A stretch of DNA of 64,000 nucleotides from Candidatus Latescibacterota bacterium (GTDB lineage Bacteria; Latescibacterota; UBA2968; UBA8231): the NCBI GenBank assembly GCA_965243025.1, contig CBDETY010000003.1, positions 3,072,001 to 3,136,000 of the forward strand, written 5' to 3'. Positions 8,812 to 17,767 of the stretch are shown piece after piece. The notes beneath the pieces were generated by a model. That model had not been told where the DNA came from. It did no database searches and worked only from the letters and a program-made list of their open reading frames with translations. The position numbers and the translations under genes are program-made. Numbering within the stretch: the stretch's first letter is position 1; each line of letters starts with the position of its first letter.

Positions 8812-9648
8812 GTGGACCACCGGTGAATCGAACAGGCCCTTCCAGTGCAGGATGTGCTTGCACACGGAGAAGGCGTAGGGATCCGGGGTGCAGTAGGCGA
8901 TCATGGGCAGCATGCGGTGGTAGAACAGGTGCCGGGCTTCGTCCCACGCGCCGGCCTGCACCAGCCGGTGCAGTTCCACCTCGCGATCAGGCATGACGGC
9001 GGCGCTGCCGGCAACCACGCCGTCGGCGCCGGAGACGTAGGCGGGCAGCGAGAAGGCGTCCCAGCCGCAGATGCAGGTCGCTTGCGGGGCGGCGTCCTTG
9101 AGGCGGTCGAAGGAGTACACGTTGCCGCTCACCTTGACGGTCGTGATCCGCTCGATGGCGTCTACCAGGGGCAGCACTTCGCGGTCCACGTCGAGGGTGC
9201 CCTCGTTGGTCTGGTCGTAGAGCATCACGGGGATCCGTTCGGCGATCTGGCTGAAGAAGCCGTGCAGGTCCGTCCTGGTCAGCTTCCTAGTCATGGCGAA
9301 GTCGGCGCCGCACCGGGCCGCGAGCTCCGCGGCGGGCAGGCCGCGGTCTTCCTCGACGCTGATGATGCCCATACCCACGGGAACGCGGCCGTTCACGTGC
9401 TCCAGCACCGTGGTCAGGACCTCCTCGATCTCCTCGAGACTCTGCCCCTCGAACTCCCCCGCCTTGCCGCAGGCGACCACCGCCGACACCCCCGGCTCCA
9501 GAACGAAGTCGATCTGGCGGCGCATGCTGGCGGGGTCGAAGCGGGTTCCGTCGTCGCTGAACGGGGTGAACAGAAGTGCCACCACCCCCTTGATCACCTC
9601 GCCGCTGTCGACGGTGCGTAGCTCTGTAATATCCGTGTTCGCTGTCAT
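8809..9648 (-). CDS. Dihydrodipicolinate synthase/N-acetylneuraminate lyase family aldolase; 3' end displaced by an inversion
   Basis: 'ALLFTPF', 'GKAGE', 'MLYDQ', Schiff-base Lys in 'TVKVS'; probable C-terminal helix on the opposite strand at 8673-8747. Confidence 0.8.
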   Translation of the reverse strand: MTANTDITELRTVDSGEVIKGVVALLFTPFSDDGTRFDPASMRRQIDFVLEPGVSAVVACGKAGEFEGQSLEEIEEVLTTVLEHVNGRVPVGMGIISVEEDRGLPAAELAARCGADFAMTRKLTRTDLHGFFSQIAERIPVMLYDQTNEGTLDVDREVLPLVDAIERITTVKVSGNVYSFDRLKDAAPQATCICGWDAFSLPAYVSGADGVVAGSAAVMPDREVELHRLVQAGAWDEARHLFYHRMLPMIAYCTPDPYAFSVCKHILHWKGLFDSPVVH

Positions 9649-9707
9649 TCCTTCGATCTCTTCCCGGCCATCGCCGCGAATCCGGAACGGTGTCCCAAAG
9701 CGCCCCG

Positions 9708-10163
9708 TTACTGCCCCACCCCTGCGCCCGCGGCAGGCTGCTGCCGCGCAGCACACCGGAACAACAAGGCGGAGCCGACGGCTGAAACCGCGCTCAGCGA
9801 GGTCGTGGAACCGATTATCGCCAGAACCAGAAACCACAGCGGATGTTCGGATGTCATTGTCCCGAAAACAAACGGAAGCACTCCCAGCACCAGACCAGCC
9901 ACCGCCCCCCAGGCGGCGAGTCGGCGAAGCGGCAACTCGCTGAATCGGCGGCCGGTCTCTGCAAGCCGGAGCACTGCGAAAAAGATCACGCCGCCGACGA
10001 AGCCGGGCGTCGCCAGCGCAATCCAGGGATCGAGGACGGATTCCTCCGGAATGCCCAGGAAGCCGCTGATTATCCCTATCAGCGCACCCAGAAGCCCCCA
10101 TCCGGCTGCCCAGGCCAGCCCCATCCCGACAGCGCCGCCGATGCGTCCAAGCCACTCTTTCAT
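9708..10163 (-). CDS. Hypothetical membrane protein (about 4 TM helices)
   Basis: Four hydrophobic Gly/Ala-rich segments; ATG at 10163. Confidence 0.75.
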   Translation of the reverse strand: MKEWLGRIGGAVGMGLAWAAGWGLLGALIGIISGFLGIPEESVLDPWIALATPGFVGGVIFFAVLRLAETGRRFSELPLRRLAAWGAVAGLVLGVLPFVFGTMTSEHPLWFLVLAIIGSTTSLSAVSAVGSALLFRCAARQQPAAGAGVGQ

Positions 10164-10294
10164 TTCTACCTGCTTTATAGGGATAGGGTTCCCCGGCAGT
10201 GAGGCGAAAGCCCGGGGGGATCTTCCTGAATCATGATTGGGCCAAACGCCCCGGGGCCCGAACAACAAGCAACGTCCGCTACAGACGCCTCATT

Positions 10295-11110
10295 TCACCC
10301 GACGCGAATTCGCTGCTCTTCGCCAAGGCGGTCGAGAATGTCATCGATCCCGCAGTAGCAGACGCCGCACTCATACGGGTGCCGGCCGCTTGCTCGCAGG
10401 GCCGCGGCATTCTCCGCGTGAAATGAGCCCCTGTGGTCCATGTACTGCCCCCAGTGTCCTGCTGTGCCGCTGGAGAATTCCCAGGCCCGGAACGAAGCCG
10501 CCCAAGCACCCGGAAACAGATCCAGGAACGGTGGAAATCGATTCAACCAGCTCCCGCAAACAGCTGTCTTTGCTGTCGGATGGGCGTTCTTGGCCTCGAC
10601 CAGCATATCCTGAAGACTGGCGGCCAACCGCTCCCTGAATGCGTGCGCGAATGGGGAGTCGGGCTGGTAGGCATTGGCAAAATGGATATCAAGACAATCC
10701 GTCAGGTCCGGTAAAAAGTGATGTTTTGGAAGGAAATAGAATCGCCAGCACTGAAATGGACCATCCGTATAACTCTGGGAACGTTTGTACCTGGTTCCAA
10801 TGATTGGTGCAACCAGCGGCTCGAGCAGCTCCCAGCACTCAGTTTCAAGCTCATCTGGGTCGGCAATGCTGAGGATCCTCTCGCCTAACTGACTCTTGAG
10901 ATTCTCCCATTCCGCATTGGGCGGGTCCAGAACCGATTCCGGATGGCGGCCATCGTACAACGCCGTGTGCCGAAGGATATCGACTCGCATGTCGAATGCT
11001 TCCGACAGCGAGATCCGATGTTCCTCCCGGGATACCATGTGCTTCACGTACCACACCATCAACTTCAACGAATTGACAACAAAGTCACGGTAGGCTTCAA
11101 ACCCGCTCAT
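10295..11110 (-). CDS. Hypothetical protein
   Basis: 271-aa ORF overlapping the upstream PhyH gene; 'CGSWLN', 'HWGQY' motifs. Confidence 0.75.
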   Translation of the reverse strand: MSGFEAYRDFVVNSLKLMVWYVKHMVSREEHRISLSEAFDMRVDILRHTALYDGRHPESVLDPPNAEWENLKSQLGERILSIADPDELETECWELLEPLVAPIIGTRYKRSQSYTDGPFQCWRFYFLPKHHFLPDLTDCLDIHFANAYQPDSPFAHAFRERLAASLQDMLVEAKNAHPTAKTAVCGSWLNRFPPFLDLFPGAWAASFRAWEFSSGTAGHWGQYMDHRGSFHAENAAALRASGRHPYECGVCYCGIDDILDRLGEEQRIRVG

Positions 11111-12014
11111 CGCCGGCTTCTACACTCTCGTTCCAGTCGCGGGCCGACCGCGCGACGCGGTCTGGATGATGGCTGCTGCGGGCGACAAAGCCAGGCACCT
11201 CGGCTCGACCGGTCGGCAGTCCCAGAGCGCTGTACCGGGTGTCGACGCTCCAGCGGACGGTTTCGGACAGGTTCGGCAGCGACCGATGCAGGACACGTTT
11301 GGTCGTCAGCAGAACATCCCCCACATTCAACTCACCGGTCACGACCTCGCGGTCGGGGAGGTCCCGGTCGGCGATGCCCACGCAGTGTTTGCCGTTGGGC
11401 AGGGGTACCCGCAGGTCGTGGGGCAACAGCGGCAGTCCGTGCGTGCCGCGCATCATCTGCATGCAGCCGTTCTCCGCCCGGGCATCGACAAGTGGGATCC
11501 AGCAGTTCAGCAGCAAGGTATCCCCGACCTTTTCCGAGTCCACAAAGGCCAGGTCCTGATGCCAGGGAAGGACGGTCTCCGCCTGATCCGGAAGCTTCGT
11601 GCGGATGTTGAACTGCGGGTGGGCCAGTATCTCGGGACCGATTATGGATTCGACGACATCCAGGAGCGATGGCCAGGTTCGCAGTATGAACATGCCGGCG
11701 GTGCGTGGTTTCTGAACCTGGTCATGGATGTTTTTCTCGGCGAAACAGTGCTCCCACGCCCAGTTGCGCTCCGAGCAGGCCTTGCAGACCGAGGCCAGAC
11801 GGGTCTCGAACGGTGCGTCGGCGAACGTCTGCGCCGGGTCCAGCACCCCTTGTTCGACTGCCGCGTGCGCTGCCTCGTCGACTTTCTTCTTCAGTTCATC
11901 GATGAGCGGCTGAATCGCCGCGCGGGGCAACAGGTCCCGAACGATGAAAAAGCCACCTTCCAGGAACCGCCCAACCCGATCCCCGGTCAGCCCCGTTGCC
12001 TTCATGCCGCTCAT
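11097..12014 (-). CDS. Phytanoyl-CoA dioxygenase (PhyH) family Fe(II)/2OG dioxygenase
   Basis: 'PWHQD', 'NCWIPLVDARAENGC', 'LHRSLPN...RWSVDTRY'; ATGA overlap with the ankyrin gene. Confidence 0.9.
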   Translation of the reverse strand: MSGMKATGLTGDRVGRFLEGGFFIVRDLLPRAAIQPLIDELKKKVDEAAHAAVEQGVLDPAQTFADAPFETRLASVCKACSERNWAWEHCFAEKNIHDQVQKPRTAGMFILRTWPSLLDVVESIIGPEILAHPQFNIRTKLPDQAETVLPWHQDLAFVDSEKVGDTLLLNCWIPLVDARAENGCMQMMRGTHGLPLLPHDLRVPLPNGKHCVGIADRDLPDREVVTGELNVGDVLLTTKRVLHRSLPNLSETVRWSVDTRYSALGLPTGRAEVPGFVARSSHHPDRVARSARDWNESVEAGDERV

Positions 12015-12979
12015 GCGTCCAACACCGCGACCAAATCGTCCCTCGATTGGTTCCTGGCCACATCCACCGGCCTTTTGCCCTCCGAGTCCGTCAACCGGAT
12101 GTCGGCACCGTTTCTCAGCAGGGCGCCAATCACCTTGGGCGTAGTTCCTGCCTCGTAGCACGCAGCATGGAGGACGGCGGTTCCGGCAGGCCGCCCCCAT
12201 CTGGGGTTGGGCGATACATAGTTGACATCGGCTCCAAGCTCCACAAGAGCCAGAACCACCTCACCGCACCCTCCGAAAGCGGCGCTGAACAAAGGGGTCC
12301 AGCCAGGCTGTTGCATGAACTGGTCGGGGGTATCCAGATCTGCCCCCCGGGCCGCCAACGCCTTGACGACCTCGACCCGATCGGCCCCTGCCGCATGGTA
12401 CAGCGGGGTCGCCTGCCGGTACGAGTCCTTCGCCTCCAGCCAGGCGGAAGATTGGGCCAGGATCCGATCGACCTCCTGAAGATCGCCCAGGGCGGCGGCT
12501 GCGTGGATCGTCATCTCCGCGCCTGCGGCCAACAGGGCTTCCACCATCGCGATCCGACCGTGCCCGGCCGCGGTCATCAGGGCGGTCGAGCCGGCGCTTC
12601 CCTTGACGTTGGGATTGGCTCCGTGCCGAAGAAGGCTGAAGAGGGCTTCTTCCTTGTTCTGGAAGGCGGCCTGGACCAAGGGTGTACACCAGCCCATATC
12701 CGCCCCGAAACTCACCGACTCGACGGGCGCACCCGCGGCGAGCAACGAGTCCACACAATCAGAGGCGCCCAGCGCACTCGCACAGGCCAGTGGGTCCAGT
12801 CCGCGTGGAGCCTCGAATCCGCGAGAATCCCACGCTTCTCCGGAGAACTCGTTCGGCCAGGAATCACCTGTCAGCCAGGCATCAACCAGGTCGGGGCGAA
12901 CATTCAGTATCGTCCGAACCAAATCGGCTTCACGTCTCCAGATCGCCTCGAACAACTCATGGGCCGTGGGATCGGGCAT
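12011..12979 (-). CDS. Ankyrin repeat protein
   Basis: Multiple TPL/TALxxAA...LLxxGA repeats. Confidence 0.9.
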   Translation of the reverse strand: MPDPTAHELFEAIWRREADLVRTILNVRPDLVDAWLTGDSWPNEFSGEAWDSRGFEAPRGLDPLACASALGASDCVDSLLAAGAPVESVSFGADMGWCTPLVQAAFQNKEEALFSLLRHGANPNVKGSAGSTALMTAAGHGRIAMVEALLAAGAEMTIHAAAALGDLQEVDRILAQSSAWLEAKDSYRQATPLYHAAGADRVEVVKALAARGADLDTPDQFMQQPGWTPLFSAAFGGCGEVVLALVELGADVNYVSPNPRWGRPAGTAVLHAACYEAGTTPKVIGALLRNGADIRLTDSEGKRPVDVARNQSRDDLVAVLDA

Positions 12980-13033
12980 GGGTAGACTCCTTCGCTTTTG
13001 CGCAGCTCCACGATTCCTGTGTCGACAACGATG

Positions 13034-14077
13034 TCAGGATTCCACAAGGCTCCTCAAGCCGCCTTCCAGGTCGTCCAGCCATTGCGGCGTTCTCGGGTGA
13101 AAAACTCCCAGCACTTCCCAGAACCAGCATAAACCGGCCCCCCTGGTGGCTTGCCTGACCTTGAGGTACGTGTCATCCGGTTCTATCCGCACTCCACCAG
13201 CCTCCACATACCCCGACCAGAACTCCTTCGGATAATGGGGCCGGCCGTAAATTTCCTGAGGCTTTCGGTTGAACTCTGCTGCGACATGCAGTTGTTCGTG
13301 CAGGAGGTCGCCGGTCGCTGCATTCTCAAAATCGTGAATACCGACAATATGCCCGTCATCATCAACCAGAAGATTGTGTATGGCTGCATCTCCCCATAAA
13401 AGCCCCTGTGGGCTCGGACCGGGCACAATATCGATCTTGCCCAGAAGATCCTCGATAACGGGCAACCTGCCTCGACAATCTTCTGGCAAGTCTGCTGCCA
13501 ACTCCTGGTTGTCAAGGAGTTTTCTCCGTATGTCATCCCGCCATCCGGTCATATCCTGCACCGGAAAAAGACCGTCGGTGACCTTTTGTTCATTGATGAC
13601 AGCAATCACAGAGCCGAATTCCTCGAGCAGGCGGCACCTCCGATCATCGCTGGTACCGGGCATCTCGAAAAAGTCCCGTCCTTGAGTACCTGGAAGCAGG
13701 TTTGAAATCAGGTAAGGATATCCGAACGCATCGGTGTCCTCGCACAGTACGCAGATCTCAGGAACGGGCAGAATGGTTGTATCGCGCAACAATGCGGTCA
13801 TATTGTGCTCGACCGTCAGCGAGAAAGCTTTCCGATATTTGATTTTGACGATGTAGCTGCCGTCGCGACAAACTGCTTTGTAAACACAGTTGGTCGGATT
13901 TGCTTCAAGTTCAGTCCAATCGATAACCGAGCCCAGTCCTTGACTGTAAATAGCCACTGCTCCCTGCTCGGCTGTAAAGGTCGGCTTTGCCGTGTTGGCT
14001 TCTCTGAATGCTTGTTTGCTGATCGCCAAATCCACGCTCTGATGGAATGTAGTTTTCTTGATGTCCTGGTTGATCAA
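13034..14077 (-). CDS. Aminoglycoside phosphotransferase (APH)/kinase-like protein
   Basis: 'PVPEI', 'LLWGDAAIHNLLV', 'IHDFE'; TTG start overlapping the upstream stop (start uncertain). Confidence 0.8.
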   Translation of the reverse strand: MINQDIKKTTFHQSVDLAISKQAFREANTAKPTFTAEQGAVAIYSQGLGSVIDWTELEANPTNCVYKAVCRDGSYIVKIKYRKAFSLTVEHNMTALLRDTTILPVPEICVLCEDTDAFGYPYLISNLLPGTQGRDFFEMPGTSDDRRCRLLEEFGSVIAVINEQKVTDGLFPVQDMTGWRDDIRRKLLDNQELAADLPEDCRGRLPVIEDLLGKIDIVPGPSPQGLLWGDAAIHNLLVDDDGHIVGIHDFENAATGDLLHEQLHVAAEFNRKPQEIYGRPHYPKEFWSGYVEAGGVRIEPDDTYLKVRQATRGAGLCWFWEVLGVFHPRTPQWLDDLEGGLRSLVES

Positions 14078-14628
14078 TCTATCCGGGCCAGAACCTCGGC
14101 CTTCAGATCGTCGAGGCTGCGCCATCCGTCCAGAATGAGATCGCTTACGTCCCTGGCTTTGCAGGCATCCAGAAACGGGTACCGAGCCTTTACCAGATAG
14201 TGGGTCAATTCACCTCGCAGATCCTCAAATGCTTCTTCTGAGGGCTTCTGGCTATCGCCGGAATAGTCTCTCAAGATTCGACGCGCCATGGCTACGTCGA
14301 GGGGAGTATCGATGAATACGTCGAGATCGATGATGTCGGCGAACCGGGGGTGGCGGCGTCCAAACGGAAAATCGAGAATTATCTGTTTCGCCCTACCCCT
14401 TTGAATCTCTTCGTCGACCGCGTTTCTCATCCCGGGACAGTCGAATTCCGTTATTTCCGCCCCTCGGCGGCTCCACTCATAGAAGTCCTCTGGATAAACG
14501 TTGGAGTCATCAAAATCGTCGAAGCAAAACAAAGCTGATTCCGGTAGTGACCGATGCAAGGCGGTCGCCAGGGCGGTTTTCCCTCCTCCGGAGACAGAAT
14601 TTATCGAGACGACAAAGTGCGGATTCAT
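14074..14628 (-). CDS. P-loop nucleoside kinase (uridine kinase-like)
   Basis: Walker A 'SVSGGGKT', 'FIDTPLDVAMARRILRD'; GTTAACC directly precedes the ATG. Confidence 0.85.
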   Translation of the reverse strand: MNPHFVVSINSVSGGGKTALATALHRSLPESALFCFDDFDDSNVYPEDFYEWSRRGAEITEFDCPGMRNAVDEEIQRGRAKQIILDFPFGRRHPRFADIIDLDVFIDTPLDVAMARRILRDYSGDSQKPSEEAFEDLRGELTHYLVKARYPFLDACKARDVSDLILDGWRSLDDLKAEVLARID

Positions 14629-14701
14629 GGTTAACGGAAGGCGGTGACGCACCGCCCCTTGCGAGTGGGCGGTTGGTCGAAGGCCCAAGGGCCCGGGGCG
14701 G

Positions 14702-14793
14702 GGTAAGGTTATGCCGGTTTGCGAACCTGGGGCAGCCAGGTTGCCGAAGGCCAGGGCGCGATCAGCGCCGTAGCGCAAAACGTGCTGTTAGCC
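14702..14793 (-). mobile_element. Second attC-like site homologous to 641-729
   Basis: Minus strand GGCTAAC-agcacgttttgcgct...gttcgcaaaccggcataac; shares both arms and the hairpin layout with 648-722. Confidence 0.65.
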
Positions 14794-14829
14794 GCTGTCG
14801 CCAGGCAATGATTCGGGATCGAGTTGCTC

Positions 14830-15216
14830 CTACTCAAATAATCGCCGGACCGCAAGGGCATTATGAACGAAAGTCTCTTCGAAAGGCGTACGCCCATTCA
14901 AATTCTTGGACTCCCGTTCAGCTCCCCGATCTAATAACAACTCCGCAACCTGTCGTTGGTTTCCGTGTGCAGCAGCATGGAGAGGTGTTGTGCCCCAGTG
15001 GGGGTTTTCGTTGTGCGCATCGATGCTTGCTCCTTGATCGAGCAAATACGCCACTACCTCGACATGACCCTTCCACGCGGCGCAGTGAAGTGGCATTGAA
15101 CCATCCTTGTCTGTTGCGGCTAGAAGGGCTGCATCCCTGTTTATCAACAACTTGACCGTCTTGAGGTCGCCTCGTTTGGCCGCTTTGATGACTGCTTTCT
15201 CTTCCTCGGTTCCCAT
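14830..15216 (-). CDS. Short ankyrin repeat protein
   Basis: 'PLHCAAWKGH', 'GTTPLHAAAHGN'; lower GC; followed by an attC-like site. Confidence 0.9.
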   Translation of the reverse strand: MGTEEEKAVIKAAKRGDLKTVKLLINRDAALLAATDKDGSMPLHCAAWKGHVEVVAYLLDQGASIDAHNENPHWGTTPLHAAAHGNQRQVAELLLDRGAERESKNLNGRTPFEETFVHNALAVRRLFE

Positions 15217-15412
15217 TTTTTACCTCTAAAAGCAAAAATTGTGAAAAATCCCAGCCCGAATCGTCAAAACTCGCTTTAAGAGCTGGGTGCCCGGAGCGAA
15301 AATCGGGCTGGGCTCGCATGACGATGTGTTTACCCTGGCGAATTATCCGAAATCAAGCCTTTTCCAAGGCCCTTACCGCCCGCAGGTGAATCCAAAGGCG
15401 CTCCCCACCGGC

Positions 15413-16582
15413 CTACCAGAGAACGGCGGATGCCAGCATGGCGCCCTCGACCATGGCTTCGAGCTTGGCCCAGGCGATTCTGGGGTCGACCATTGGGTTC
15501 AGCGTGGCAGCGGTGCCGAACCCGCAGTCGGTTCCCGCCATCACGTTCTCGCGGCCAACCACCTCTGCATAGCGAACGATCCGTTGCTGGACCAGCTCGG
15601 GGTGCTCGACGAAGTTGGTCGTGGTGTCGAGCACCCCGGGTATCAGCACCTTGCCGTCCGGCAGCTTGACCCGCTCGAACACCCGCCACTCATGGGCGTG
15701 GCGCGGGTTGGCTCCTTCGACCAGAAGTCCCACCGGTCGGGCCTTCAGCAGCGGGCTGATGAGGTCGGCCAGCGGCACGTCTCGGACGTGCGGCCCCTCG
15801 TAGTTACCCCAGCAAACATGGAGGCGCATGCGGTCGGAGGGGATATCCCGGACGGCGTGGTTGAGCGCCTCGATGTGGATTTCGGCCGTCATAAGAAACT
15901 CACCGTCGGTCTGGTCGGCGTATTTGGCCGACCGTCCGCCCGCCAGGTCAGGCCCGTCGAGCTGCAGCACCAGCCCGGCCTGATGGATGGTGTCGTACTC
16001 GTATTTGAGCAGGTCCGCCAGCGCAAACACGTACGCCTCTTCACTGCCGTAATACCGGTCCACGATGTATTGAGAGGCCGCTCCTGGAGACGCTGCCGTC
16101 ATGAAAATCTCGCTCGGTTCCGTGGAACCGAGCGCTGCCTTCAGTGTCGCGATGTCGCGATGCACCGCGTCGGTGTCGTTCCAGACGAGGGCTCCCGTGC
16201 AGGCCGGTCGCTCCCAGCGATCAAGGCGCCCTCTAGTAGCGGCATGCTCCGGGAAGTCCCGCTGGTCCAGCGTGATGAACGGACCCGTGTCGCCCATCAG
16301 TTCCAGACCCCCGACGCGGTCTCTGAGGTAGTTCAGGTAGCTGGACTTGCCCTGCTCGCCGTCGTTGACGACGTCGATGCCCGCGTCAACCTGCTTGCCG
16401 ATAACGTCGGCCACGGCCTCGCTCACGCGCGACTCCAAAGCCGCCGGATCGACCGGCTTTCCGGCGTCGCGGTCTATCAGCAATTTCACCAGGTCCGCCG
16501 GACGCGGAAGGCTGCCGGTATGCGTGGTCAGAATCCTGTCGATGCTGCGCTCGATATGACTATCTCCTGGCGCCCCCGTCAC
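15413..16582 (-). CDS. Cobalamin-independent methionine synthase II family protein
   Basis: 'TTHTGSLPRP', 'DGEQGK', Zn ligands 'LHVCWGN' and 'TDCGF'. Confidence 0.92.
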   Translation of the reverse strand: MTGAPGDSHIERSIDRILTTHTGSLPRPADLVKLLIDRDAGKPVDPAALESRVSEAVADVIGKQVDAGIDVVNDGEQGKSSYLNYLRDRVGGLELMGDTGPFITLDQRDFPEHAATRGRLDRWERPACTGALVWNDTDAVHRDIATLKAALGSTEPSEIFMTAASPGAASQYIVDRYYGSEEAYVFALADLLKYEYDTIHQAGLVLQLDGPDLAGGRSAKYADQTDGEFLMTAEIHIEALNHAVRDIPSDRMRLHVCWGNYEGPHVRDVPLADLISPLLKARPVGLLVEGANPRHAHEWRVFERVKLPDGKVLIPGVLDTTTNFVEHPELVQQRIVRYAEVVGRENVMAGTDCGFGTAATLNPMVDPRIAWAKLEAMVEGAMLASAVLW

Positions 16583-16606
16583 AGGGAAGCGCTCGCGAAC
16601 GCACTT

Positions 16607-17641
16607 CTACGCCATTTTGCCCGTGGCCTGACGGCGGCGGCGGTGAGCAAGTTCGCGTAAGTCCACAACCACATCAGTTTCATCCACAATTTCCTGTCCA
16701 ATAAGCTCTTCAAGAACGTCTTCCAAGGTCACCACACCCTCCAATCCACCGAATTCATCAATCACGACAAACAAATGTTGCCGGAGTTCAAGAAACATGC
16801 GCAGAACTCGATCCAACGTCAGCGTCTTCAGCACGAAGTGGGCAGATCGCGCGAGACTCTGCAGGGAGACATTTTCGCGGTCCTCGGCAACTGCTGATAG
16901 AAGATCCTGACGGTGGACGATCCCAACAACATCCTCAGCATCTTCATCATCTACTATCGGAATACGAGCATATGATGGCACACCCATTTCCAGCACCTCA
17001 TCTACTTTCTGTCGTGCTTGAAGGGAATAAATGACCGTGCGCGGTGTCATGATTTGCTGAACTGTTTTCTCTTTCAACGATAGAATGTTGTGAACGGCCC
17101 GACCTCCTTCTGAATCAATGGTTCCCGCACGCCGCCCCATCTGCACCAATTCCATGAGCTCTTCCGAAGAAACAACATGCTCAACCTTGCCACGAGATAT
17201 TATCCGTGTCATAAATTGGCACAGCCAGATAAGCGGTGCTTGTGTCCAGATCAAAAGTTGGATGGGATATGCAATCCAGGGCACAAGGTGACGGGCATAG
17301 ACCACGCCAATCGTCTTTGGAATTACCTCAGAGAACATAAGAATCACGAGGGTAAATACCGCTGAAAAATGCGGCAACCATGGTTCACCCAAAACATCAG
17401 CGGCTGCTGCTCCAGCAAGGGCGGCTCCAACCGTATGCGCAATTGTGTTAAGAGATAGGATACCCGCGATGGGCGCATCCACATTTTCCCTGAACTTTTT
17501 CATTAATCGGCCAGGAGCACTGCCAGATTTCGCCAGCGATTCGACATGACCAACAGGAACCGAGTACAATGCCGCTTCAAAAAGCGAACACAAAAAAGAA
17601 AAGAAAACGGCAAAACTCACAAAAAATAACAATTCAAACAT
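16607..17641 (-). CDS. CNNM/DUF21 + CBS-pair protein (hemolysin-like Mg/Co transport family)
   Basis: 'FLCSLFEAAL', 'SEVIPKTIG', 'IMTPR', 'DEFGG..GVVTLEDVLEEL'; noticeably lower GC. Confidence 0.9.
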   Translation of the reverse strand: MFELLFFVSFAVFFSFLCSLFEAALYSVPVGHVESLAKSGSAPGRLMKKFRENVDAPIAGILSLNTIAHTVGAALAGAAAADVLGEPWLPHFSAVFTLVILMFSEVIPKTIGVVYARHLVPWIAYPIQLLIWTQAPLIWLCQFMTRIISRGKVEHVVSSEELMELVQMGRRAGTIDSEGGRAVHNILSLKEKTVQQIMTPRTVIYSLQARQKVDEVLEMGVPSYARIPIVDDEDAEDVVGIVHRQDLLSAVAEDRENVSLQSLARSAHFVLKTLTLDRVLRMFLELRQHLFVVIDEFGGLEGVVTLEDVLEELIGQEIVDETDVVVDLRELAHRRRRQATGKMA

Positions 17642-17767
17642 CTGATTACTCCTCTCTGCTTAGAAAACGACGCCTTGATGCACGGACTGCTCGCGGCAAC
17701 CATTTGCAATGCCAGCACCAACATTGGAAGCAATATCGTTCTCATTGGTTGACCTCCCCCGTTTCTC

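Noticed and set aside
9649-10155. Apparent fusion extending the aldolase ORF to 448 aa
   Set aside because: Overlaps the membrane protein gene in another frame; an RBS and ATG are present at 9648
15250-15345. Inverted repeat upstream of the short ankyrin gene as a cassette start or attC
   Set aside because: No GTTAGCC complementary to the downstream GGCTAAC; could be an ordinary hairpin
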